From NCBI GenBank assembly GCA_017550315.1, contig JAFZPN010000167.1:2018-66017 (forward strand): DNA of 64,000 nucleotides. The letters run 5' to 3'. Below, piece by piece: positions 35,980-43,892 of the stretch (position 1 is the stretch's first letter; the number at the start of each line of letters is the position of its first letter). The stretch is from Clostridia bacterium (GTDB taxonomy: Bacteria; Bacillota; Clostridia; Oscillospirales; CAG-272). Below the pieces are notes generated by a model that worked only from the letters and a program-made list of their open reading frames with translations, was not told where the DNA came from and searched no databases. Both the position numbers and the translations under genes were made by a program.

Positions 35980-37835
35980 TGCCAGACGAAGGAATAAAAA
36001 TCAGCCAGCTCACGCCAGCGTCATCGATCGCCGACACGGACCTCATCCCGAAGGAAAACGCCGGCGGGACGAGCACGGAGGCCGCGACAGCTGCGCAGCT
36101 TGCGAACTATTTCAAGAGCAAGGGCGTCCAGGTCGACAACACCCTGTCGACACCCGGCGCAGCCGCCGACGCTGCCAAAACCGGGGCGGAGGTTACTGAT
36201 TTAAAGAACGCAATTGATTTTGAAAAAATTATATACACTCCCGGACGCGCTATTGTTACAAACGTGGGAGACGGAAACGCTGTTAACCTAACAACGGTTC
36301 CCGGAGGTTCGCAAAACTGCGCCGTTGTAGATTGTGAAGAGGGCAATCTATTTACAATAACAGGCACAGGCGGTTCTTCATATCGTTTGTGGTGTTTTAT
36401 AGATTCTTATAATATTGCATTAGAAACGTCCAAAGTCGGTGTGACAGGAAACAATCTTGTCATCGTCGCTCCGAAAAATGCCGCAAAGCTGATTTTGAAC
36501 AACACAAACACGGAAGAGAGTTATAAAGGGATTGTCGTTGACAAAAAGGTCGTATTTATAGAAGATTCTATTCTGCATAATGACGGAACAAAGTATCTTC
36601 GGTTCTCGACATCATCGTATTGCTTGAATTGCGCAACAGACCTCTCTTCATTAAATCCTACGCAGACATCGAGTGTTTATAGATTCTGCCTTGTGAGTGC
36701 AAGTGCTGGTGATTTGTTTACAATAACGTGTACGGGTGGTGTGTCTCCGCAAGCATACGCATTTATCAACAACAATTTAGAAATACTTGAAAACGCTGGA
36801 CAGAATGTAACACTTACAGATCATGTCATAAAGGCTCCTGCTAATACGGCATATTTAATTATAAACGACGGGTCGGGGACAGGATATGCATTCAAAGGTA
36901 TCACTGGAAAAGCGTACAAGAAATATATAAACGATGTCATCAAAATCCCTGATTCTCCGGTTTCGGATTCTGCCGCCGTGAGCGCATTTGTCGCAAGGAT
37001 GAATGTGTTTGCCGCTCAAATCGGAATGGCAAACAGTACGTTCGTAAATCCTTCCGGGCTTGGCACGTCGAACAGCGTGGAAATTTTGGACGTTATGAAA
37101 ATGGGTTTAATCGCGTCCAGTTATCGTGAAATCCTGCAAATGTGGTCGCTCCGTTCGGCAAGCGTTGTGGTCGGATCGACAGAAACAAGTGTAACAAACA
37201 GCTATCTTGATTATGCCGATCAAGTCATTACAAACGCAAATGTTTTAGGCGGAAAAGGCGGGAGCATCGGAGATCAATACAGGACACAGATTGATATTGT
37301 TGATATATCCGGGAAAACGTGCATCCTGTGTCTGTGCGGCATGAACGCGACGGATTATGGCCAAATTTATACATACGCGAACGACCTTGCCGGGATGCTG
37401 GCGGATGAGATAGAAAACGGATCATACACCGTGCCGACACACTCTGGCGGGCAAGATCTTGCCGGTCTTGTTTCAAGGGGAGGGGCGTATGCGGCGATGG
37501 TTATTCCTGACGGGAATCCTTCTGCCTATTCCGGGAACTATTCAACCACTAAATTAAAAGCGCGGGATCATGTAATTGTGGACGGCGAAAACAATGCGTG
37601 TGTTCCGTGTAGTATTACAAAGGTGCTGTCTGCTATGGTTACTCTGGACGTACTTCCTGATTTGAACGCAATCATTGAAATTCATTCCTCTGATCTCGTT
37701 GGAGGAAGTGGCATCTCGTTAAGTGCCGGGGACAAGATTAGCGCGAAAGATGCGCTTGTGCTTGCGCTTATCAACAGCAATAATGCAGCGGCAACCGCAC
37801 TCGGGCGGACTGCCGGGAGACTGCTTGTGAGGTGA
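35979..37835 (+). CDS. tail fibre / receptor-binding protein with two ~95-aa modules and a C-terminal permuted S11 DD-carboxypeptidase-like domain
   Basis: N-terminal fibre anchor KISQLTPA...ATAAQLANYF. Repeated FTITGTGG...WCFID / FTITCTGG modules. Peptidase motifs are FVARMNVFAAQIGMANSTFVNPSGL (aa 337), KGG (426), SITK (545) and SNN (600). Confidence 0.6.
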   Translation: MPDEGIKISQLTPASSIADTDLIPKENAGGTSTEAATAAQLANYFKSKGVQVDNTLSTPGAAADAAKTGAEVTDLKNAIDFEKIIYTPGRAIVTNVGDGNAVNLTTVPGGSQNCAVVDCEEGNLFTITGTGGSSYRLWCFIDSYNIALETSKVGVTGNNLVIVAPKNAAKLILNNTNTEESYKGIVVDKKVVFIEDSILHNDGTKYLRFSTSSYCLNCATDLSSLNPTQTSSVYRFCLVSASAGDLFTITCTGGVSPQAYAFINNNLEILENAGQNVTLTDHVIKAPANTAYLIINDGSGTGYAFKGITGKAYKKYINDVIKIPDSPVSDSAAVSAFVARMNVFAAQIGMANSTFVNPSGLGTSNSVEILDVMKMGLIASSYREILQMWSLRSASVVVGSTETSVTNSYLDYADQVITNANVLGGKGGSIGDQYRTQIDIVDISGKTCILCLCGMNATDYGQIYTYANDLAGMLADEIENGSYTVPTHSGGQDLAGLVSRGGAYAAMVIPDGNPSAYSGNYSTTKLKARDHVIVDGENNACVPCSITKVLSAMVTLDVLPDLNAIIEIHSSDLVGGSGISLSAGDKISAKDALVLALINSNNAAATALGRTAGRLLVR

Positions 37836-37839
37836 TGAT

Positions 37840-38787
37840 ATGGCAATCTCTAAAATCACATTAAACGGAATGACACAGATGGACGTTACGCAAGATACGG
37901 TCGTTGCAAATCATTTGCTCGATGGTGATACTGCCACGGGATCAGATGGGGTTCGACTTACCGGGACGTTGCAGTCCACGGTTGCTGTTGATACAACACT
38001 TTCAGTTCCCGGCGATGCCGCAGATGCGGCGGTTACGGGCGACAGAATTGGTACTCAGCAATTAGCAACAGGGTTTTCGCGTATAGAATACACATATTTT
38101 AATCAAGCAATTGTGGATAATGGAGGGGATGGATCAACAGTCACGCTCACGCCAGTAGCATCTACGGGTGGATTTAATTCCGTTATTGTTCCGTGTTCGG
38201 AAGGAGATCGGTTCACGATTACAGGAACCGGCGGAGACAGCGTTCGTCTGTGGTGCTTTATCGATTCCGACAACGTGTCTATTCAAAACGCAAAAGCATC
38301 GGTAATTGCAACCAATCTTGTCCTTGCTGCGCCGAAGTATGCGGCTAAACTCATCCTCAACAACAGAAATACCGAGGAATCGTATAAGGGAATAGTTAAT
38401 AAACAGAATATTTCCGACATAAAGACAATCATAAAAAACGCATTCGGAATAGAAGCGATTGACTTCTCAAACTTTTCGTATTGCATGAATTGCGCGACGA
38501 AACCAAGTGCTTTGAGACCCACGCAGACATCGAATGTATATCGCTATGCTTTAACTCCTTGTGTGGCGGGAGATCAGTTCACGATTTGTTGCTCTGGCGG
38601 TATATCACCAAGAGCATATACGTTTTTGGATAGCGATCTCAATATACTAACCCCGCAAGCACCGGCGAGTGCATCGTACACAAATGAGGTTATCACAGCA
38701 CCGACAAATGCGGCATGGCTGATTCTTAACGACAGCACAACAACCGGATACGCATTTAAGGGTGTTACACCTCTGGCAGGGGTATAA
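37840..38787 (+). CDS. second fibre/receptor-binding protein, paralogous to the middle of 35979..37835
   Basis: Shares VD.TLS.PG.AADAA, FTITGTGGDSVRLWCFIDS, AAKLILNN.NTEESYKGIV and YC.NCAT...PTQTS.VYR blocks with the upstream gene. Confidence 0.55.
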   Translation: MAISKITLNGMTQMDVTQDTVVANHLLDGDTATGSDGVRLTGTLQSTVAVDTTLSVPGDAADAAVTGDRIGTQQLATGFSRIEYTYFNQAIVDNGGDGSTVTLTPVASTGGFNSVIVPCSEGDRFTITGTGGDSVRLWCFIDSDNVSIQNAKASVIATNLVLAAPKYAAKLILNNRNTEESYKGIVNKQNISDIKTIIKNAFGIEAIDFSNFSYCMNCATKPSALRPTQTSNVYRYALTPCVAGDQFTICCSGGISPRAYTFLDSDLNILTPQAPASASYTNEVITAPTNAAWLILNDSTTTGYAFKGVTPLAGV

Positions 38788-38818
38788 TGAAGTGAACCTT
38801 TAAGTCAGCAAACGCAAG

Positions 38819-38856
38819 TAAAAAAAAGGCCGTTTCCTTTAATTAGGCGACGGCCT
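38819..38856 (-). terminator. rho-independent terminator oriented against the late operon
   Basis: AGGCCGT / ACGGCCT stem. The T-tract is present only on the minus-strand reading (A8 on plus at 38820-38827). Confidence 0.4.
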
Positions 38857-38886
38857 CCACCCCATAAATAAAGAAAGGCTAAAAAG

Positions 38887-39177
38887 ATGGAAAATCTGAC
38901 AGTACCGGCGATCATCGCCGTCGCATCCTTGGTTTCTCTCGCGCTCGGCATTTCCAGCTTTTTTATCGGGAGAGCGTCAGCCAGGCGAGCCGAAGGAGAA
39001 AAGGCCGGAGCGATCGCATCCGACATCGGCTACATAAAGGCGGGAAATGACGACATCAAGAAAGAGCTGCGGGACATGCGGGACGATCAAACGGAAATCA
39101 AGATGCGGCTCGGTGTCCTTGAAGAGAAGTCAAAGTCACAGCAGCGGCAGATCGACGAAATCAAAAAAGGAGGCTGA
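38887..39177 (+). CDS. membrane-anchored coiled-coil protein (possible holin/lysis accessory)
   Basis: N-terminal TM helix VPAIIAVASLVSLALGISSFFIG, then a charged coiled coil. Precedes the M23 peptidase by 3 nt. Confidence 0.45.
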   Translation: MENLTVPAIIAVASLVSLALGISSFFIGRASARRAEGEKAGAIASDIGYIKAGNDDIKKELRDMRDDQTEIKMRLGVLEEKSKSQQRQIDEIKKGG

Positions 39178-39179
39178 CG

Positions 39180-39800
39180 ATGGCAGTATTACAGCTGCCC
39201 TACCGCGGTCGGATCCGATTCACTTCCCCCTACGGCGACCGCCTCATGAACGGGCGAACAAGCTGGCACAACGGAATCGACCTCGTAGGCCTGGAATCGA
39301 AAACCGTCATCGCGCCGTGCGCCGGTAGGGTGGCCGTCTCGACGATGATCCCGCGGGAGACGGACCTGACGCGGACGTGGGAATGGGGAAATATTATCCG
39401 GATCGACACCGGCGACGGGATGCGGGTGTACCTCTGCCACCTGTCCGAGCGTCTCGTGAACGCCGGTGAAACCGTTTCGGCCGGTCAGCCGGTCGGCATC
39501 GAGGGCGACACCGGGTACACGTTCGGGGCGCACCTGCATTTCGAGGTCCGGAGAGGGGAGGCCGCCGTCAACCCCTGCCCGCTGCTCGGAATCGAAAACC
39601 GCGCGGGCGTCACGCTCGAGGGTGCACCGATCGCAGCGCCGACATGGTACGACGAGGCCTCGAAGTGGGCCGTCGATGCTGGGATACTCAAAGGGACGGG
39701 CGACGGACTCGCGCTGGATGAGCCGTGCACCCGTGCGATGATGGTGACGTTCCTGTACCGGTTCTGGGCGTACATCAAAAACGAAGCGATCACAAAATAA
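39180..39800 (+). CDS. M23 family metallopeptidase with SLH-like C-terminal domain (lysin)
   Basis: WHNGIDL and GDTGYTFGAHLHFEV are M23 zinc motifs. C-terminal WYDEASKWAVDAGILKGTGDGLALDEPCTRAMMVTFLYRF resembles an SLH repeat. Confidence 0.8.
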   Translation: MAVLQLPYRGRIRFTSPYGDRLMNGRTSWHNGIDLVGLESKTVIAPCAGRVAVSTMIPRETDLTRTWEWGNIIRIDTGDGMRVYLCHLSERLVNAGETVSAGQPVGIEGDTGYTFGAHLHFEVRRGEAAVNPCPLLGIENRAGVTLEGAPIAAPTWYDEASKWAVDAGILKGTGDGLALDEPCTRAMMVTFLYRFWAYIKNEAITK

Positions 39801-39818
39801 CAGAAAGGAGGCGCGCCC

Positions 39819-40112
39819 ATGAGAGGGACGACACCGACGCACACCTTCCGGGTGCCGATCGATCTGACGAGCGCCGCGGTGCTCAAGGTTTACTATAAAC
39901 AGGGATATGAAGTCCTTGTCGAAAAAGAAAAACCGGATCTCGTCGTCACGCCGTCGACGATCACGGTGCAGCTCACACAGGAGGAGACGCTGCGTTTTGC
40001 CGACGGACAAATCAAGATGCAGATCCGCGCAAAAATGCCGAACGGAAAAGCCGTGAAATCAAAGGTAAAAACGACCTCGGCGGACGAGCTGTTGAAGAAT
40101 GAGGTGATCTGA
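39819..40112 (+). CDS. hypothetical structural-module protein
   Basis: RBS AAAGGAGG. Beta-rich, 97 aa. Confidence 0.4.
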   Translation: MRGTTPTHTFRVPIDLTSAAVLKVYYKQGYEVLVEKEKPDLVVTPSTITVQLTQEETLRFADGQIKMQIRAKMPNGKAVKSKVKTTSADELLKNEVI

Positions 40113-40531
40113 TGGACGAACAGATCATCCCGATCGTTTTTGATCTGGACTTCGAGGAGGACGCCGAAGAATTCGACATGAATTTCGAGGCATCGGATGA
40201 TGAATTCGACGCCGGTTTCGAGGGCGTCGTCGAGGTCCCGATCGGCGACTATTACGAAGGAGACTATAACGTGACGCCTGGCACGGAGGAGCAGGTGCTC
40301 CGGACGCGCGGGCTCGCGATGGCGGACGACGTCACCGTCGCGCCGATCCGACCGGCCACGACCGCGGCGCTCGGCAGCGTCATCGTCGGGGCGGATTTGG
40401 AGATCACCGAAGAGGGCGTCATCAGCGTGCAGAAGGCCGACGCCGTCGAGCAGAACAACACGCACCCCATCACCGCCGCCGCGGTTTATACCGAGGTCGG
40501 AAACATTAACGCACTTTTGCAAACAATTTGA
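40112..40531 (+). CDS. fibre-associated protein (acidic N-terminus)
   Basis: TGATG overlap. C-terminal HPITAAAVYTEVGNINALL is a motif seen at phage fibre ends. Confidence 0.45.
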   Translation: MDEQIIPIVFDLDFEEDAEEFDMNFEASDDEFDAGFEGVVEVPIGDYYEGDYNVTPGTEEQVLRTRGLAMADDVTVAPIRPATTAALGSVIVGADLEITEEGVISVQKADAVEQNNTHPITAAAVYTEVGNINALLQTI

Positions 40532-40546
40532 CAGGAGGAATAAAAC

Positions 40547-41431
40547 ATGAGCACAGCAACAGAGATCGCCAGACTGCAGGCTGCACGGAATAAACTCCGC
40601 ACGAAGGCGGTCGCGCTCGGCATCGGCGTCTCGACGGATAAGCTGGACGACCTCGCCGACGAGTTTGACGCCATCGTAAACCGCGGCGCAGTATCGGCGC
40701 AGGTGCAGGAGGGCGACACCTACACAATCCCCGCGGGCTATCACAACGGCTCCGGCACAGTCTCCGGCGTAGCAGGCGGCGGCAACTACTCCCTGCAATC
40801 AAAGTCCGTGACGCCGACGAAATCGCAGCAGGCCATCACGCCGGACAGCGGATACTACGGTCTTTCGGACGTCACCGTCGCGGCAATCCCGGCGGCCTAT
40901 CAGGACGTCTCCTCCGTCGATGCGGCGGCGGCGGACGTCCTGGCAAACAAGATTTTCGTGGACGACGAGGGCAATGTCACCCCCGGTACCATGCCGAACA
41001 ACGGCGCCGTCACAAAAACACTTGACGCGGGGGAAAACAATCAGTCGTACACAATCCCGGCGGGTTATCATAACGGATCGGGCGCGGTGACGATCACGCT
41101 CGAGCAGAAATCCGCGACACCGACGAAAAGCGCGCAGACGATCACGCCAACAGCCGGGAAGGTCCTGTCTTCGGTGACAGTCGCGGCGATCCCGTCGGCC
41201 TATCAGGACGTCTCCAACGTCGACGCAACGTCTGCGGACGTCATGGCAGGAAAAACGATCGTCCTGGCCGACGGTACTGAGGTCGGCGGCGACATCATCG
41301 ACCGCGGGACAGTCACGGCGACGATCGACGGCTTGACCACGCTGACCTATACGATCCCCGCAGGGCGGCACAGCGGATCCGGCACCGTGTCCCTCACCAA
41401 CGACATCGAGACGGCGCTTGCGGCGATTTGA
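40547..41431 (+). CDS. tail fibre-like repeat protein
   Basis: YTIPAGYHNGSG(T/A)V occurs three times. The block KS.TPTKS.Q.ITP...VTVAAIP.AYQDVS.VDA...DV is duplicated. Confidence 0.5.
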   Translation: MSTATEIARLQAARNKLRTKAVALGIGVSTDKLDDLADEFDAIVNRGAVSAQVQEGDTYTIPAGYHNGSGTVSGVAGGGNYSLQSKSVTPTKSQQAITPDSGYYGLSDVTVAAIPAAYQDVSSVDAAAADVLANKIFVDDEGNVTPGTMPNNGAVTKTLDAGENNQSYTIPAGYHNGSGAVTITLEQKSATPTKSAQTITPTAGKVLSSVTVAAIPSAYQDVSNVDATSADVMAGKTIVLADGTEVGGDIIDRGTVTATIDGLTTLTYTIPAGRHSGSGTVSLTNDIETALAAI

Positions 41432-41443
41432 TGGGGGTGCGCT

Positions 41444-42337
41444 ATGAGCATCCAGTCGGAAATCACACGCATAAGCGCAAACGTCACCGCGGCGCTCGCG
41501 GCGATCGCGCGGAAAGGCGTCACCGTTCCATCGGGATCAAACAGCGACGACCTCGAAGATCTCATTGACGCCATCAGCGCCGGGGGCGGAAGCGCGATCT
41601 CCATCGTGGACGAGCTGGACAGCCACGGCGGCACGATCCGGCACATCACGGCGGTGGATCTCTCGGGCGACACCGTGGCGGCGGATAAAATGCTCGCAAA
41701 TACCACCGCCCACAACGCCCAAGGCCAGCCTGTGACGGGCGGCATTCAGTCCCAGGCCGCGCAGACGATCCATCCGTCGAGCAACGATCAGACGATCGCG
41801 GCGGGAAAATACCTCGCCGGCGCGCAGACGATAAAAGCCGTGACGCTCGCAAATCTCTTGGCGGCGAACATCAAGAAGGACGTCGTGATAAAGGTCGGAG
41901 ACAGCACAGACGATGACTGTGTAGCCTCCGTCACGGGTTCTTATACGGGGGGCGGCGGTTCTCTCAGCGTCGACACGAAAACCGTGACGGCATCCAACTA
42001 TCCGGTGAGCATCAGTTTCAGTTCCATGAAGGGAGAGCCGAAATACTTCTTCTTGAGATCGACATCACAGATCAGTTCTTCCGGCTCGACGACGTACTAC
42101 TACATCATCGATATGCGGTACGACGGAAACGCGAACAAATACTGTAACGGCAACGTCTTTCGTATCGGTTCGACGAGACGTGTTGAGGTGATTACGACTG
42201 CATCTTCCGGTGGTGTTGTTAGTGGATATACATGGTCGTATTCAGGCACGACGCTCACGATCACGTCCAGCGCGGCAAGCCGTTCCGCGTCGCCTGGTGC
42301 GTTCAACAACACGTACGAATTGACTTATATCTATTAA
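41444..42337 (+). CDS. tail fibre-like protein, N-terminus related to 40547..41431
   Basis: Shared N-terminal helix (EITRISANVTAALAAIARKGVTV vs EIARLQAARNKLRTKAVALGIGV). Ser/Thr/Gly-rich C-terminal region. Confidence 0.5.
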   Translation: MSIQSEITRISANVTAALAAIARKGVTVPSGSNSDDLEDLIDAISAGGGSAISIVDELDSHGGTIRHITAVDLSGDTVAADKMLANTTAHNAQGQPVTGGIQSQAAQTIHPSSNDQTIAAGKYLAGAQTIKAVTLANLLAANIKKDVVIKVGDSTDDDCVASVTGSYTGGGGSLSVDTKTVTASNYPVSISFSSMKGEPKYFFLRSTSQISSSGSTTYYYIIDMRYDGNANKYCNGNVFRIGSTRRVEVITTASSGGVVSGYTWSYSGTTLTITSSAASRSASPGAFNNTYELTYIY

Positions 42338-42346
42338 GGAGGCAGA

Positions 42347-42607
42347 ATGGAAAACTTTATCAGAAAAATAACATCCCGCAAACTCTGGATCTGCATCATC
42401 GTCATCGTCGTCTGCGTCGCGTCGCAGCTCGGCGTGAAGCCGGAGGAGATCGGCAATGTCGTTGCAATGATCGATCAGATCGTCGCGCGGGCGGGTGCGA
42501 TTGCCGCCGGGCTCGCCTACATCCTCAGCGAGGCGCACATCGACGCCGCGAGCGTCAAGGCAAAAGCAGAAGAAAAAAAGAGCGAAGATACCGAAAGTTT
42601 GCAGTAG
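42347..42607 (+). CDS. holin candidate
   Basis: 86 aa with two hydrophobic helices (LWICIIVIVVCVASQLG, AGAIAAGLAYIL) and a charged C-terminal tail. Confidence 0.55.
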   Translation: MENFIRKITSRKLWICIIVIVVCVASQLGVKPEEIGNVVAMIDQIVARAGAIAAGLAYILSEAHIDAASVKAKAEEKKSEDTESLQ

Positions 42608-42657
42608 TAGCCGATTTTGAAGTGATATAATAAAGCAAATGATAACGGGGAGGTGTT

Positions 42658-43038
42658 ATAATCAGCTACGTTAATTTTAACGCAAACCCGATACACAACC
42701 GGGTCGAGGATTGCACAGTCCGCGCCTTGGCTTGTGCACTCGGCACGGACTGGGATCGGGAGTACGTCCGTCTTTCGGCGCAGGGGTTTGATATGAAGAG
42801 CATGATGCACGATAACGACGTGTGGGGCGCGTATCTGCTCGAAAACGGATTCACGGCCCGCGGACTTGCCGAGTCCATCCTTCGGAGATACACCGTCCGG
42901 GATTTTGCCGCGGATCACCCCCGCGGGATCTACGTCGTGCGCACAAACGGCCACGTCCTCACCGTCCGAGACGGGGCTTATTATGACACCTGGGACTCCG
43001 GCGACGAAGTCCCGCTCGTCTACTTTGAAAGGAGATAA
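42658..43038 (+). CDS. papain-like Cys-His-Asp peptidase-fold protein (possible endolysin), non-canonical start
   Basis: The conserved-looking N-terminus NFNANPIHNRVEDCTVRAL lies upstream of the first TTG (42727). SD GGGGAGGTG at 42647-42655. The only in-frame candidates are ATA 42658 and ATC 42661. Later come GHVLTV and YYDTWDSG. Confidence 0.4.
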   Translation: MISYVNFNANPIHNRVEDCTVRALACALGTDWDREYVRLSAQGFDMKSMMHDNDVWGAYLLENGFTARGLAESILRRYTVRDFAADHPRGIYVVRTNGHVLTVRDGAYYDTWDSGDEVPLVYFERR

Positions 43039-43043
43039 AAACC

Positions 43044-43601
43044 ATGGTACCCTTCAACGCATTTCCGGCAAACTATCCCGCAATGCCATACGGCGGATAT
43101 TTTTATCCGAATCCGTACGCAGCCGCGCAGCCGCAGCCGGTTCCGCAGGCGCAGCCGCAGCAGACGCCCGTTTCAGGGCAGACACAGCCCGCTCCGGCGT
43201 ATCAGCCGCAGAAGCGGACGTACTACCCGCCGAACTGGATCCAGAACGAAAAAGAGCTCGACGAATATGAGGTTCAGGCCGGGAATCCGCTCTTTGCTTT
43301 CGTGAGAGGAGGAGAGGGCGAGGAGCGGCTTGTGATCCGCACGATCGGCGAGGATGGACGTCCTCACGACGAGACGATCCCGCTGAGCTTCCCGAAGGAG
43401 GAAAAAGTCACCCGGAAGGATCTCGAAGCCTTCGCGACGGTGGACAACCTTCGGACCGTCCTCGGAGAGATCAAAAGACTTTCCGAGCGCGTCGAAAACC
43501 TGTCCGAAGAAGTAGCACAGGTACCGGCGCCGCAGCCGCAGACGAGAGCGCGCAAGACCAGCGCGAAGACGTGGGAGGATGATGAAAATGTCACTCTTTG
43601 A
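43044..43601 (+). CDS. hypothetical protein with Pro/Gln/Tyr-rich N-terminus
   Basis: Low-complexity region PYGGYFYPNPYAAAQPQPVPQAQPQQTP followed by a globular part. Confidence 0.45.
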   Translation: MVPFNAFPANYPAMPYGGYFYPNPYAAAQPQPVPQAQPQQTPVSGQTQPAPAYQPQKRTYYPPNWIQNEKELDEYEVQAGNPLFAFVRGGEGEERLVIRTIGEDGRPHDETIPLSFPKEEKVTRKDLEAFATVDNLRTVLGEIKRLSERVENLSEEVAQVPAPQPQTRARKTSAKTWEDDENVTL

Positions 43602-43833
43602 TCGGGTGTACGGAAAGCAGACGCAGAGCGCGAAGCCGCAGCAGAGCCAGCAGCAGAACCAACCCGCGCCGCTCTTCCAGAACCGCGCCGCGATGATGAA
43701 ATGGTTCGGACAGCAGAAGGCGCAGTATCACGGGGATCCTGCCGCGGACTTTCAGCGCGTCGCGGCGCAGTACCCACCGCAGGTCGCACAGATGGCGATG
43801 ATGGTCGCCGGAAAGATCTTCGGAAACAAATAA
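43588..43833 (+). CDS. small Gln-rich hypothetical protein
   Basis: RBS GGGAGG 9 nt upstream of ATG 43588. Overlaps the upstream gene. Confidence 0.4.
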   Translation: MSLFDRVYGKQTQSAKPQQSQQQNQPAPLFQNRAAMMKWFGQQKAQYHGDPAADFQRVAAQYPPQVAQMAMMVAGKIFGNK

Positions 43834-43892
43834 TCAGATATACATAACTGGCCAGTGTGTATAATATATCATCAAAGAAAGGACTTCTTTCA

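Noticed and set aside
38805-39026. 73-aa minus-strand ORF that might use the reverse-oriented terminator
   Set aside because: It overlaps the plus-strand TM/coiled-coil gene, which has a good RBS. Its own sequence has no start context or features.
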